Shown piece after piece: positions 8,940 to 18,866 of a DNA stretch of 64,000 bases. Numbering within the stretch: position 1 is the first letter of the stretch; each line of letters begins with the position of its first letter. The notes under the pieces are model-generated. The model was not told the DNA's origin. It searched no databases and saw nothing but the letters and a program-made list of their open reading frames with translations. The translations under genes and the position numbers were made by a program. This stretch comes from Candidatus Microgenomatus sp. (GTDB lineage Bacteria; Patescibacteriota; Microgenomatia; UBA8517): assembly GCA_020724555.1 (NCBI GenBank), contig DYGT01000001.1, positions 65,197 to 129,196 on the forward strand, in the 5' to 3' direction.

Positions 8940-9593
8940 CTAGCGGAACAATATAATAGGCCACTGCCATAAAAAATTAAGAAGAATTGCTGAAAAAACA
9001 TTTTTTGTGCGCGCAAACACAAACGACGCACCTATAGAATAGACAAATACCAATGCAGCATATAAAACTAAATTGCCCAAGTTAAATTTCCAATCCAAGA
9101 TAGCAATTGGCAAATGAATCAGCACCCAGCCCAGAGCGGTCACAAAATTCGCTCTCCATTCGCTCTTGATCACGCTCCAAAGCCGGGAGAAAATAAAACC
9201 ACGAAAAACCAACTCTTCCACCACAGCCGTAGACAAAGAAACGGCAATTAAAAGAAAAAAAGAACTTTCTCCTAAATTGGCATAAAATTCTACCGAACCG
9301 TACTTTAAATAGTTGACAATAAGACCTTCAAGCGAAAAAACAGCACCTAAAACAATTGCCAAATAAATTGTAGGGAAAAAATTTTTTTGTGTAATTCCGA
9401 TTGAAGACACAGATGATTGTTCTTTTTTCAAAAGATATACCATGGGACCTAGCCAAATAACGGGTTTGATTATAAATTCTTCAAGGCTTTCGGGAAGCTG
9501 AAAAAGCAAACGGTAAAAACCCCAAACCAACAGCAAAAAAGCATATAAACCCACTGTGTGTTTTAGTTTGACGATTGCTGTTTTTTCCGGCAT
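8940..9593 (-). CDS. CPBP family intramembrane metalloprotease (CAAX protease/Abi family)
   Basis: Multi-TM protein carrying the EELVFRG motif (EExxxR) and a downstream His motif, both characteristic of CPBP/Abi proteases. Confidence 0.7.
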   Translation of the reverse strand: MPEKTAIVKLKHTVGLYAFLLLVWGFYRLLFQLPESLEEFIIKPVIWLGPMVYLLKKEQSSVSSIGITQKNFFPTIYLAIVLGAVFSLEGLIVNYLKYGSVEFYANLGESSFFLLIAVSLSTAVVEELVFRGFIFSRLWSVIKSEWRANFVTALGWVLIHLPIAILDWKFNLGNLVLYAALVFVYSIGASFVFARTKNVFSAILLNFLWQWPIILFR

Positions 9594-10097
9594 CTAATAT
9601 TTTAATTGTACACTACATTCGCCAAAGACCTCATCAATTGCCACGATTACCATTTCGATTCTTTTTTCAGCTTCCACAAGATCTATGGCATTTTGTTCAT
9701 TGGGGAACCAATGGGTAACTAAATTGCGTGAATTTTTCCAAGTCTGCCATAATTTTTGGGGAAGCGCTTCGCCTTTACAAAACTTGGTCAAATCATCGTA
9801 AACCCAATCGTTGTCCCGAAATCTTGGATCCAAAGTAGGATTAAGGGATTTTCCAATACGAAAGTGTTTGCCGTAGTAGTCATCTTTGCTAATAAAACCC
9901 ATGTCCAAAAAAAGCTTTTTTAAAAACCCCTCATAAGCTTTGGCTGCCGGAAAAACCACAAAAGAATAATCATGAAACGATTGGTCCCACTCTTTTGTCC
10001 GAACCAAAAGCACCAAAGACTCAGATAAAAGCTCCTGCAAATCCCGCTCAAGATACATCCACCACTTTTTTTGTCTTAAATCTTCAAGTTTAATCAT
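9594..10097 (-). CDS. Hypothetical cytoplasmic protein, possible HEPN-like (Rx4H motif)
   Basis: 167 aa and all-alpha-looking. It contains SRNLVTHW, which fits the Rx4-6H HEPN motif. Its stop abuts the CPBP protease start. Confidence 0.4.
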   Translation of the reverse strand: MIKLEDLRQKKWWMYLERDLQELLSESLVLLVRTKEWDQSFHDYSFVVFPAAKAYEGFLKKLFLDMGFISKDDYYGKHFRIGKSLNPTLDPRFRDNDWVYDDLTKFCKGEALPQKLWQTWKNSRNLVTHWFPNEQNAIDLVEAEKRIEMVIVAIDEVFGECSVQLKY

Positions 10098-10126
10098 AAT
10101 TTCTTTATAGAGTATAATCTATCAAC

Positions 10127-12409
10127 ATGGCAGGTAAAAAATCAAGCAAAAAAGGCATTAACAAACCAAAAAAGGATTTTAGAAATAGGTTTTATCGTAT
10201 AGACAAATTCAGTCGGAAAATTAAAATCTTCATACTTATTTTACTGGCTCTTTTCGGCTTTGGTGTCTGGTTGTTTTGGGATTTGCCAATATCAACAAAT
10301 ATCACCGATATCCCGGCAGTTTCCACCAAAATTTTCGACAGGAATGGAAAATTAATTTATGAAATTTACGCCGATCAGCGCCGAACACCGCTGACACTTA
10401 GTGAAATCCCGGAACATGTTAAAGAAGCAACAATAGCCATAGAAGATAAAGATTTTTACAAGCACAGCGGTTTTGATATTATGGGTATGATCCGCGGACT
10501 TTCCCGCCAGTTTACCCGCGGACGCGCCGAAGGAGGCTCCACCCTTACACAGCAGTTAGTTAAAAATGCCCTCTTAACTCCGGAGCGGACAGTTAGGCGG
10601 AAACTTCGCGAATTTGTATTAGCTGCCTTGGTGGAAATACGTTATTCCAAAGACACAATTTTGGAAACCTATTTAAACCAAATTCCCTATGGCTCAACCG
10701 CTTATGGCATTGGCTCAGCAAGCGAACTTTACTTTGGCAAAAGTGCAAAAGAGCTGGACCTTGCAGAGGCCGCCCTTTTAGCCGGACTTACTGCAGCGCC
10801 TACGCGTTACTCCCCTTATGGGTCACACCCTGAACTTGCAAAAGAGCGACAAAAGCAAGTACTCAGGCGCATGGTAGAAGACGGCTATATCAGCCAGGAG
10901 GAGGCGGATGAAGCCGCAAACAAAGAACTTAAATTTAAAAAACAAGAAAACCTCAAAGCTCCTCATTTTGCTTTATGGGTTAAAGAAACTCTAGCAGAAA
11001 AATACGGAGATGCCCTGGTAGAACAAGGCGGGCTCAGGGTTACCACAACGCTGGATTTGGATCTTCAGGAATTTGCCCAAGAGGTTGTGCGTGAAGAAGT
11101 GGAAAAACTTGCCGATCAAGACGTAGGCAATGGAGCTGCACTCGTCACACGCCCCGACACAGGTGAGGTTCTGGCTATGGTAGGGTCAAAAGACTATTTT
11201 GCCGAAGACGAGGACGGCAAAGTCAATATCCTTTTTGCCTTACGGCAACCAGGAAGTTCTATCAAGCCGCTGAACTACGCCCTTGGTATCCGCGATAAAA
11301 AAATTACCGCCAGCACTCCTCTGGCTGACATACCAACTTGTTTTATTGTAGCCGGACAACAACCTTACTGCCCCAGAAATTACGACGGAGGGTTTCATGG
11401 CGCTACACAAGTTCGCTTTGCTCTAGGAAACTCATACAACATTCCGGCAGTCCGCGTATTGGCCTTAAATGGTGTTGACAATTTTATTAACTTTGCAAAA
11501 GAGATGGGAATTACAACTTTTAACGATCCTTCCCAATATGGCCTTTCATTAACTTTGGGCGGGGGCGAAGTGCGCCCGGTAGACATGGCCGTTGCTTTTG
11601 GTGTCTTTGCCAATGAAGGGGTTAAGCAACCATTGCTATCTATCTCTAAAATCGAGGATTGGAAAGGCAAAGTCCTCTTTGAGCTCGATCGGGAAAGTAT
11701 TGATGGAGATCGCGTGCTAGACCCTGCTGTAACTTTTATTATTTCCCACATCCTTCATGACAACAATGCCCGAGTCGCAGCTTTTGGCGTTAATTCTTTT
11801 TTGCGTGTCACTGGCCACCCGGAAGTGTCTGTAAAAACCGGAACTACCAATGACAGACGTGATAACTGGACAATTGGCTACACCAAACACGCCCTTGTCG
11901 TTTCGTGGGTGGGAAACAACGATAACACGCCCATGAGCGGAGCCGTATCCGGAGTGTCGGGCGCTTCTCCCATTTGGAATGCCATCATAAAAGAAGTATT
12001 AAATAAAGCCGAAGACGGAGTATATGGAAGTGATTTCAAAGGCCATGCATGGCCAAAACAACCAAACAATGTTATAGGTGCAAACGTTTGTGCAAACACC
12101 GGCGCCCTACCGGGAAACGAACTCTCAGACTGTCCTACCCGATATGAATATTTTTTGGAAAATACTGTGCCGGCTTCCAATCTTAGGCGTGAAGACATAT
12201 TTATCGATCGCGAAAAGCAAGAGCTGGCCACCCAAGAAACACCACAAGACAAAATAGAAACACAAAATCATATAGTAATATCTGACCCATTAGGAACAAA
12301 AATTTGTCTGACGTGCCCATTTCCCATGCCGAGCGTTACTGTAAACTATCCTTTATCTGGTATTACGAATATTTCCGCACCCTCCAACAAAGAATCTGTT
12401 AATCAGTAA
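10127..12409 (+). CDS. Class A penicillin-binding protein (PBP1A family: glycosyltransferase plus transpeptidase)
   Basis: N-terminal TM. GT51 motifs EDKDFYKHSGFD and GGSTLTQQLVKN. Transpeptidase SxxK motif RQPGSSIKP and the KTGT motif. Confidence 0.85.
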   Translation: MAGKKSSKKGINKPKKDFRNRFYRIDKFSRKIKIFILILLALFGFGVWLFWDLPISTNITDIPAVSTKIFDRNGKLIYEIYADQRRTPLTLSEIPEHVKEATIAIEDKDFYKHSGFDIMGMIRGLSRQFTRGRAEGGSTLTQQLVKNALLTPERTVRRKLREFVLAALVEIRYSKDTILETYLNQIPYGSTAYGIGSASELYFGKSAKELDLAEAALLAGLTAAPTRYSPYGSHPELAKERQKQVLRRMVEDGYISQEEADEAANKELKFKKQENLKAPHFALWVKETLAEKYGDALVEQGGLRVTTTLDLDLQEFAQEVVREEVEKLADQDVGNGAALVTRPDTGEVLAMVGSKDYFAEDEDGKVNILFALRQPGSSIKPLNYALGIRDKKITASTPLADIPTCFIVAGQQPYCPRNYDGGFHGATQVRFALGNSYNIPAVRVLALNGVDNFINFAKEMGITTFNDPSQYGLSLTLGGGEVRPVDMAVAFGVFANEGVKQPLLSISKIEDWKGKVLFELDRESIDGDRVLDPAVTFIISHILHDNNARVAAFGVNSFLRVTGHPEVSVKTGTTNDRRDNWTIGYTKHALVVSWVGNNDNTPMSGAVSGVSGASPIWNAIIKEVLNKAEDGVYGSDFKGHAWPKQPNNVIGANVCANTGALPGNELSDCPTRYEYFLENTVPASNLRREDIFIDREKQELATQETPQDKIETQNHIVISDPLGTKICLTCPFPMPSVTVNYPLSGITNISAPSNKESVNQ

Positions 12410-12525
12410 TAAATCTTCTCATTTTTTGTATTTTATATCAAACTATAGAGTATTATTTATCGATTGAAGTATACAAATTTCCCCTTCAAAACGCCAGTCG
12501 GTGATGATATTATATAGGGTGACAT

Positions 12526-14838
12526 ATGGGGTTTGCGTTTAACGGCAAATTATTTAATCATATAAAACCCATAACAAGAAGGTCACAGATACTTTTAAAA
12601 ACTATTGTTAACTGCGCCAAAGACTTTTTTTCTTGGGTGGGAAAACCGCTTTATTGGCTCCTCTTGGCAGCCTTTTTTTTCATCTTATTTTTGCAAAAAA
12701 TCATTGTTTTCGTTATCTACGATTTTTTTCTGCATCCCTTGCCGAAGGTTAAATTAAAGACTAAAAATACTCGGCTGCCCAAACTCTTAATTAAGCATGA
12801 AAAATCCCGCCGCTTAATCCACCTAACCACACTCGCGGTTCTAATTGTTTTTTTGGCTTATACGGTTTTTTGGAATTTTATTTTAAAAGACTTGCCTTCC
12901 CCCGAATCCTTAACAAATCGCGAGATTCAATTTTCAACCAAAATATACGACAGAAACGATAATCTTTTATATAACATCTACAAAGACGAAAACCGCACTC
13001 CTATAAAATTGTCAGATATTCCTATCCATATCCAGCTTGCAGTTTTGGCCGCGGAAGATGCCGAATTTTATAATCACCCGGGTTTTTCCGTTAAAGGCAT
13101 GGCCCGGGCAATTTATAAATATATAAACGAGGACAAGCTAGAAGGTGGCTCTACCATAACGCAACAGCTTGTCAAAAACGCCCTCCTAACACCCGAGCGC
13201 ACCGTCATCAGAAAAGTAAAAGAGATTTACCTTGCCATAAAAATTGAAAGGCTTTATTCAAAAGAAGAGATCCTGGAGATGTATTTAAATGAAGTCCCCT
13301 TCGGCGGTACGGCATATGGAATCCGCGAAGCTGCGAAAGTTTACTTTAACAAGGATGTAAAAGAATTGAGTTTGGCAGAAGGAGCACTGCTTGCCGGCCT
13401 GATTCAAAGTCCCACAAAATACTCACCTTTTGGCGCGAACCCAAAACTTTCAATTAACAGGCAACAAGAAATTCTTGAGCTTATGGCAACGCACGGATTT
13501 ATTACAAGCGAACAAAAAAAGGAGGCTTTAGAGGATGAGCTGGTTTTTGCCGACAATAAGATCGACATCAAGGCACCTCATTTTGTGATGTTTGTCCGCC
13601 AAGCGCTTGTGGAACGCTTTGGAGAAGAAATGGTAGAAAAAGGAGGGCTAAAAGTCAAAACAACCCTGGACCTTAAGATACAAAAATTGGCAGAGGAGGC
13701 GGTTGCCCAGGAGGTAGAAAAGCTTAGCTCTTTAAACGTAAGCAATGGTGCGGCCCTGGTTGTTGATCCCCAAAATGGAGATATACTTGCTATGGTAGGA
13801 TCAAAAGATTATTTTGACACCCAAAACGACGGCAATGTCAATGTTTTAACAAGCTTAAGGCAACCCGGATCAAGCATTAAAGTCATCAATTATGCCTATG
13901 CTCTTGGCCATGGTTATACACCGGCCACCATACTGGAAGACACTCCTATCACTTACAATATTGCTGGCTCTCCCCCTTATACTCCTAAAAACTATGACAA
14001 CACTTACCGCGGAAAGATAAGCCTTAGAAGCGCCCTGGCTGAGTCAAGAAACATCCCGGCCGTCAAAGTACTGGCAAGCTATGGGGTTGCCAACATGGTG
14101 TCTCTTGGGCAAAAAATGGGTATTGCAAGCTGGCAGGACCCTACGGATTATGGTCTTTCACTAACCCTTGGGGGTGGAGATGTACGCTTAATTGAACTTG
14201 CACAAGCGTATGCTACCATTGCCAACAATGGAGTGCGGGCAGACCTCCACAGCATCCAAAGCGTAACAGATAGCCGCGGTAAAATTGTCTATGAAAATAG
14301 CTGTAACAACAAAAACCGCTTTATTATTGATAGCGCCGAGAATACTTGCGGAGAGAAGGTCTTAGACCCCCGCATTACTTATATTCTAACTGATATTTTA
14401 AGTGATAACGCTGCCCGATCCCCGGCGTTTGGCAGCCACAGCGCGCTTAATATTCCAGGACACAAAGTGGCTGTAAAAACCGGAACCAGCAACAATCTTC
14501 GCGACAATGTAACTATAGGCTATACGCCGGACATTCTGGTCGCAACTTGGGTGGGCAATAACGACAATTCTCCCATGTCCCGCCTGGCTTCCGGAATTAC
14601 GGGTGCCGCGCCAATCTGGAATAAAATAATTACCAACTTAATTGGCGAAAAAAATATTGCGTGGGATACGCCTTCCGGACTAGTACAAAAACCAATTTGT
14701 CCGTTAACAGGCACGCTCCCGTGTAGCGGTTGCGGCACTAAAAATGAATGGTTTTTAGAAGAAAACCAACCGCCAAGCTGTGGGCCAAAATCGTTTGAGG
14801 ATAAAGCTCAGGGTGAATCGGAGAACTCAGTTTTGTGA
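12526..14838 (+). CDS. Class A penicillin-binding protein, second paralogue
   Basis: GT51 motifs EDAEFYNHPGF and GGSTITQQLVKN. Transpeptidase motifs RQPGSSIKV and KTGTSNN. Confidence 0.85.
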   Translation: MGFAFNGKLFNHIKPITRRSQILLKTIVNCAKDFFSWVGKPLYWLLLAAFFFILFLQKIIVFVIYDFFLHPLPKVKLKTKNTRLPKLLIKHEKSRRLIHLTTLAVLIVFLAYTVFWNFILKDLPSPESLTNREIQFSTKIYDRNDNLLYNIYKDENRTPIKLSDIPIHIQLAVLAAEDAEFYNHPGFSVKGMARAIYKYINEDKLEGGSTITQQLVKNALLTPERTVIRKVKEIYLAIKIERLYSKEEILEMYLNEVPFGGTAYGIREAAKVYFNKDVKELSLAEGALLAGLIQSPTKYSPFGANPKLSINRQQEILELMATHGFITSEQKKEALEDELVFADNKIDIKAPHFVMFVRQALVERFGEEMVEKGGLKVKTTLDLKIQKLAEEAVAQEVEKLSSLNVSNGAALVVDPQNGDILAMVGSKDYFDTQNDGNVNVLTSLRQPGSSIKVINYAYALGHGYTPATILEDTPITYNIAGSPPYTPKNYDNTYRGKISLRSALAESRNIPAVKVLASYGVANMVSLGQKMGIASWQDPTDYGLSLTLGGGDVRLIELAQAYATIANNGVRADLHSIQSVTDSRGKIVYENSCNNKNRFIIDSAENTCGEKVLDPRITYILTDILSDNAARSPAFGSHSALNIPGHKVAVKTGTSNNLRDNVTIGYTPDILVATWVGNNDNSPMSRLASGITGAAPIWNKIITNLIGEKNIAWDTPSGLVQKPICPLTGTLPCSGCGTKNEWFLEENQPPSCGPKSFEDKAQGESENSVL

Positions 14839-15825
14839 GGTTGTTTCGTAGATAAACCGCGAGAGCTCAACAATTGCTTCGTCCGCTTCGCTTTCGACAA
14901 TGCCATCGCTCATAATGACAACAACATAAGGGTTGGGTGCCAGAACCAAGCCGGCGTCATTAATAACGTGCGTTTCGCGACCAAATTTATGTGCTACAAC
15001 CACTTTTTCGGGAACACCGTTTACCAACCAATCTTCAAAATTTGTGTTGGTCAGATATTCCAAAAGCTCATCCCGGCTTTTTACGCTTACCAGCTTGCCT
15101 TCATACAATTTGTTCAATAAAATTCCGATGTCTTGCGGTGTCGTCAGGTTTTGTTCCAGCGAGGTGTTTGTCATGCCTGTTTTTTGTAAAAATTCATTTA
15201 TTGCCTCATCCCCAAGCATATTTTTTACGATATTATAAGCTGTGTTATCGGATTCTTTACCCATAAGCTTCGTCAGTTCACGGTATGAAAATTCACTACC
15301 GGCTGGTTTAGTCTGCAAACTTCCCGCCCCCGAAAGCTTATCTTCGTCTTTTAAAATGTATTTTGCTTCCAAATCGATATTACCTTCTTCAGCTTCTTTA
15401 TAAAGTAAAACCATAACCGGAAGTTTTATCAAAGAAGCCGCTTGAAACTGGCGTGATTCGTTTATGCCCCACCGGATATTATTTTTTATCTCATATACAT
15501 ACACTCCATAAATACCGGAATAAGCTTGGGTTATATCCGCCAATTTGTTTTCCATCTCTTTTCTGACATTCATGTCGCCTTCAATTATATAGGTTTGTTC
15601 CCATGAAATATTGGGCAGCTTTAAGGCCGGCAGCCCTCCCACCTTCCAATGGCGTGCCGAAAAAGCTAATAATACCGCAGGGAAAACTGTTAAAAAAAGG
15701 ATTCCTAAAACCAAAATTCTCTCTTTTTTGCTCCAAGGCTTTTGTTCTTTTTTTATTTTTTCTTTTTTAGTTTCCGGCGCAATTCGTTCAATTTCCGGTT
15801 TTTTGCCACGCTGAAAAAAGCTCAT
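14827..15825 (-). CDS. Serine hydrolase, class A beta-lactamase-like
   Basis: N-terminal TM anchor. Class A-like motifs: S-x-x-K (ASLIK), SDN (ESDNTAYN), and a degenerate KTG (HKFG). Confidence 0.55.
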   Translation of the reverse strand: MSFFQRGKKPEIERIAPETKKEKIKKEQKPWSKKERILVLGILFLTVFPAVLLAFSARHWKVGGLPALKLPNISWEQTYIIEGDMNVRKEMENKLADITQAYSGIYGVYVYEIKNNIRWGINESRQFQAASLIKLPVMVLLYKEAEEGNIDLEAKYILKDEDKLSGAGSLQTKPAGSEFSYRELTKLMGKESDNTAYNIVKNMLGDEAINEFLQKTGMTNTSLEQNLTTPQDIGILLNKLYEGKLVSVKSRDELLEYLTNTNFEDWLVNGVPEKVVVAHKFGRETHVINDAGLVLAPNPYVVVIMSDGIVESEADEAIVELSRFIYETTSQN

Positions 15826-15853
15826 GGCTTATTTTACATTAATTAGTGTCTTT

Positions 15854-16840
15854 CTAAACCCGACGTTTCTCCCACACTTCTTCGTTTGCGATATTGTCCG
15901 GTTTTTGACCGGACAAAAGCATCAGGACAGAGTTTACAGCCTGGTTGCCCATTTTATTGCGGGCTTCCCAAGTGGCAGAGGCAATATGAGGGGTAAGGAT
16001 GACATTTTCCATAGCAATGAGTTCAGGATTAATATCGGGTTCGTTATCAAAAACATCCAAAGCTGCCCCCCCAAGTTTTCCCGTACGCAGCGCATTCACC
16101 AATTCCTGTTCATAGACAACAGAACCCCTTGCAGTATTGATTAAGAATATTCCGTCTTTCATCTTAGAAAACGCGTCGGCATTTATCATATGGTGGGTCT
16201 CAGGAGTCAAAGGTACATGCAAACTCACAATGTCTGAGTTTGCGTATAAATTGTCTAAATTGCTAAAGACAACTCCCAACTCACGCTCGGCTTTCTCATC
16301 TCTACTTCTTTTATTATATAAAATATTCATGCCAAACCCTTGAGCACGTCTGGCAACCATTCCCCCGATTCTCCCCATACCAATAATTCCCAAGGTTTTC
16401 CCTGCCAAGCTTTTACCCAAAAATATGCCTGGCTCCCAGCCTTTATAAGCACCGCGGCGCGTGGATTCGTCCGCTTCAACCACACGTCTGGCAAGGGCTA
16501 AAATTAAGGCCCATGTATGCTCGGCCACCGCCTCATTGACTTCATCGGAAGGCGTATTGGTGACAACTATCCCGCGGTCTGTAGCATCCGCAAGATTAAT
16601 GTTGTCAAAACCAACCGCATAGTTACTTATAAGCCTTAGCTGCGGACCGATCGCGTCCATAACTTCCCCATCAATTTTATCGCTCAAAAGGGTGATAAGT
16701 GCGTCCGACCCCGCAGCCTTTTCTAGAAATTCAGACGGAGTAAGTGGGCGGTCAAATTCAGACACAACAATTTCATGCCCACTCGCAAACAAGGGGCGCA
16801 AACAATCACCCGGTACTTTACGACTGACAAATACTTTCAT
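15854..16840 (-). CDS. D-isomer-specific 2-hydroxyacid dehydrogenase (glycerate dehydrogenase/hydroxypyruvate reductase-like)
   Basis: NAD-binding motif GIIGMGRIGGMVARRA, with the conserved catalytic R/E/H arrangement. Confidence 0.8.
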   Translation of the reverse strand: MKVFVSRKVPGDCLRPLFASGHEIVVSEFDRPLTPSEFLEKAAGSDALITLLSDKIDGEVMDAIGPQLRLISNYAVGFDNINLADATDRGIVVTNTPSDEVNEAVAEHTWALILALARRVVEADESTRRGAYKGWEPGIFLGKSLAGKTLGIIGMGRIGGMVARRAQGFGMNILYNKRSRDEKAERELGVVFSNLDNLYANSDIVSLHVPLTPETHHMINADAFSKMKDGIFLINTARGSVVYEQELVNALRTGKLGGAALDVFDNEPDINPELIAMENVILTPHIASATWEARNKMGNQAVNSVLMLLSGQKPDNIANEEVWEKRRV

Positions 16841-17830
16841 TTATATTTCATAAACACCAACCTCGCTGGATTCTGCTCTCTCAAGCCATTGTGGCAAATC
16901 TTGTGCTCTGAGTAAACCCCTTTGGCTGCCAATGTAACCAATAACCGATGCTGAATTTACTGTCCCCCAAAGAAGAGCTTCATTAATAGTTTTCCCTTGA
17001 ATCAAGGCGGAAATACAACCTGCCCCAAATGCATCACCCGCTCCTGTGCGCTCATAAGCGTCTACCGGCAATACGCCGCTATGGTAATAACGCGCGCCAT
17101 CAAAAGCATACGCACCACCACCGCCGTCGGTAATGATACTTATTTTGGGGCCCAAGCGGCACGTAGCCTCTAAAAGCTCTTTTTCTCTGCCGTGGGTATC
17201 TGTCATACCAGTTAAACTTTCAGCTTCACTGCGGTTTATATAAACGATATAAGTTTCAGATAAAACATTTTGTATTTTTTCCTTACCAGCCCTTATTTGT
17301 CTGGATCCTGGATTAAAGGCAAGTTTAACTTTGTTTGCTTTTACCCACTCCATCACTTTGTCGTAAAACTCGCTAAAATTTTCTGCAAGGGACGTTAAAT
17401 AAGCCCACCCAACTAAAGGAAGACTTTGGGGAAAGGTGTAAATTCGCTCGGGTCGATAAGTAAAAATAGTACGCTCGCCACCGTAATTAATAATTGTAGA
17501 ATAATTGGATGGGCTATTTTCTTGTACGGTAAGATAACTTAAATCTACACCTTCTTGTTCCAAGCTAGACTTAATGGTTCTGGCAATTTCATCATCACCC
17601 ATTGTTGTTACAAGAGCCGTACGAACTCCTAAACGCGTCACGCCCACGGCATTATTAGCGGCATTTCCACCCACAGAAACTTCCAAATTTTTAACAGGAA
17701 TTTTATCCCCATAGGTAAAGCAAATAAAACTTTCCCGCTCGCGAATGTCACACATTGCCTCGCTTTCGATTGGCGTCATAAAGGTGTCATAGGTAACATC
17801 GCCAATTGATAAGAGTTTTACATCATCCAT
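16841..17830 (-). CDS. PfkB-family carbohydrate kinase (ribokinase/phosphofructokinase-like)
   Basis: PfkB signature GAGDAFGAG plus an N-terminal GG motif. Start chosen at MDDVKLL; the long ORF begins at 17875. Confidence 0.7.
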   Translation of the reverse strand: MDDVKLLSIGDVTYDTFMTPIESEAMCDIRERESFICFTYGDKIPVKNLEVSVGGNAANNAVGVTRLGVRTALVTTMGDDEIARTIKSSLEQEGVDLSYLTVQENSPSNYSTIINYGGERTIFTYRPERIYTFPQSLPLVGWAYLTSLAENFSEFYDKVMEWVKANKVKLAFNPGSRQIRAGKEKIQNVLSETYIVYINRSEAESLTGMTDTHGREKELLEATCRLGPKISIITDGGGGAYAFDGARYYHSGVLPVDAYERTGAGDAFGAGCISALIQGKTINEALLWGTVNSASVIGYIGSQRGLLRAQDLPQWLERAESSEVGVYEI

Positions 17831-18836
17831 TAGTCTCCTCCTCATATGTATACTCTCCCATCCTTGCCATTGCATTTAAACGAGCACGTTTTAAGAATGC
17901 CTCCTGTGCCGGCTTTATATTTTCCCTGTCTTTTGCCCAAGCTTCCATAGCCGGCGCCTGGAGAGCTCGGCCATAGCTAAAGCTTAACTGCCAAGGCAAA
18001 TCGGCCTGTCTATTTACTTCACACAAATAAAGGGTGGCAAGCTCGGGGGCTAAACCGCCCGACAAAAATACAATACCGGGGACATCGTGGGGTACGGTCT
18101 TATTTAATACACCTATGGTCTTTTGCACCACATCCGACACCTCGTCTTTTGCTTGAAAATCACGCCCGGAAACAACAAAATTGGTTTTTAACAGCATACC
18201 ATTTAAGGCCACACCTCTTTTTTCTAATGCCGAAAATACTTCGGTTAATGTATGGGTGCTTACCTCCTCGCATTTGTTAATGTCGTGCTTTCCATCCATT
18301 AACACTTCGGGCTCAACAATTGGTACCATTCCATGCTCCTGAGAAACATATGCAAATTCCGCCAAAGCTGTCGCATTTTCCTTCAATACCTGGGGGGTGG
18401 GCGTATTTTCACTAATTAAGGTAACCGCCCGCCACTTTGTAAAATGCATCCCGTGGGCTTTATATTTAGTCAAACGCTCAGATAAATTATTCAGTCCTTG
18501 TGTAATTTTTTCTGTTGGAGAGCCGGGTGCGTCTATTTTGCCCTCATCCACTTTCACGCCCGGAGTTATGCCGCGTTGAGCCAAAATATCATGTAGCAAT
18601 ATACCCTCCTCGTTTTCCTGAAAAACCGTTTCATCAAACAAAATAACTCCGCTTATGTATTTTTCTATCTCAGGCGTTGTAAAAAGAAGTTGCCTGTAAG
18701 ATAAACGATTTTGCGGTGTATTTTCTATGCCGAGCCTAGAAAAGCGTTTTTCAATTGTTGGCATCGATTCATCTGCCGCCAAAATTCCTTTTGGCTTTTC
18801 TACTAATTTTTCGGCAATTTCAAAAAGCTCTAACAT
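17823..18836 (-). CDS. fba: Fructose-bisphosphate aldolase, class I
   Basis: N-terminal ILAADES motif and the Schiff-base Lys region. The overall sequence resembles class I FBA. Confidence 0.8.
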   Translation of the reverse strand: MLELFEIAEKLVEKPKGILAADESMPTIEKRFSRLGIENTPQNRLSYRQLLFTTPEIEKYISGVILFDETVFQENEEGILLHDILAQRGITPGVKVDEGKIDAPGSPTEKITQGLNNLSERLTKYKAHGMHFTKWRAVTLISENTPTPQVLKENATALAEFAYVSQEHGMVPIVEPEVLMDGKHDINKCEEVSTHTLTEVFSALEKRGVALNGMLLKTNFVVSGRDFQAKDEVSDVVQKTIGVLNKTVPHDVPGIVFLSGGLAPELATLYLCEVNRQADLPWQLSFSYGRALQAPAMEAWAKDRENIKPAQEAFLKRARLNAMARMGEYTYEEETNG

Positions 18837-18866
18837 CCTTACTTTTAGATTAACACGATTTAACCC

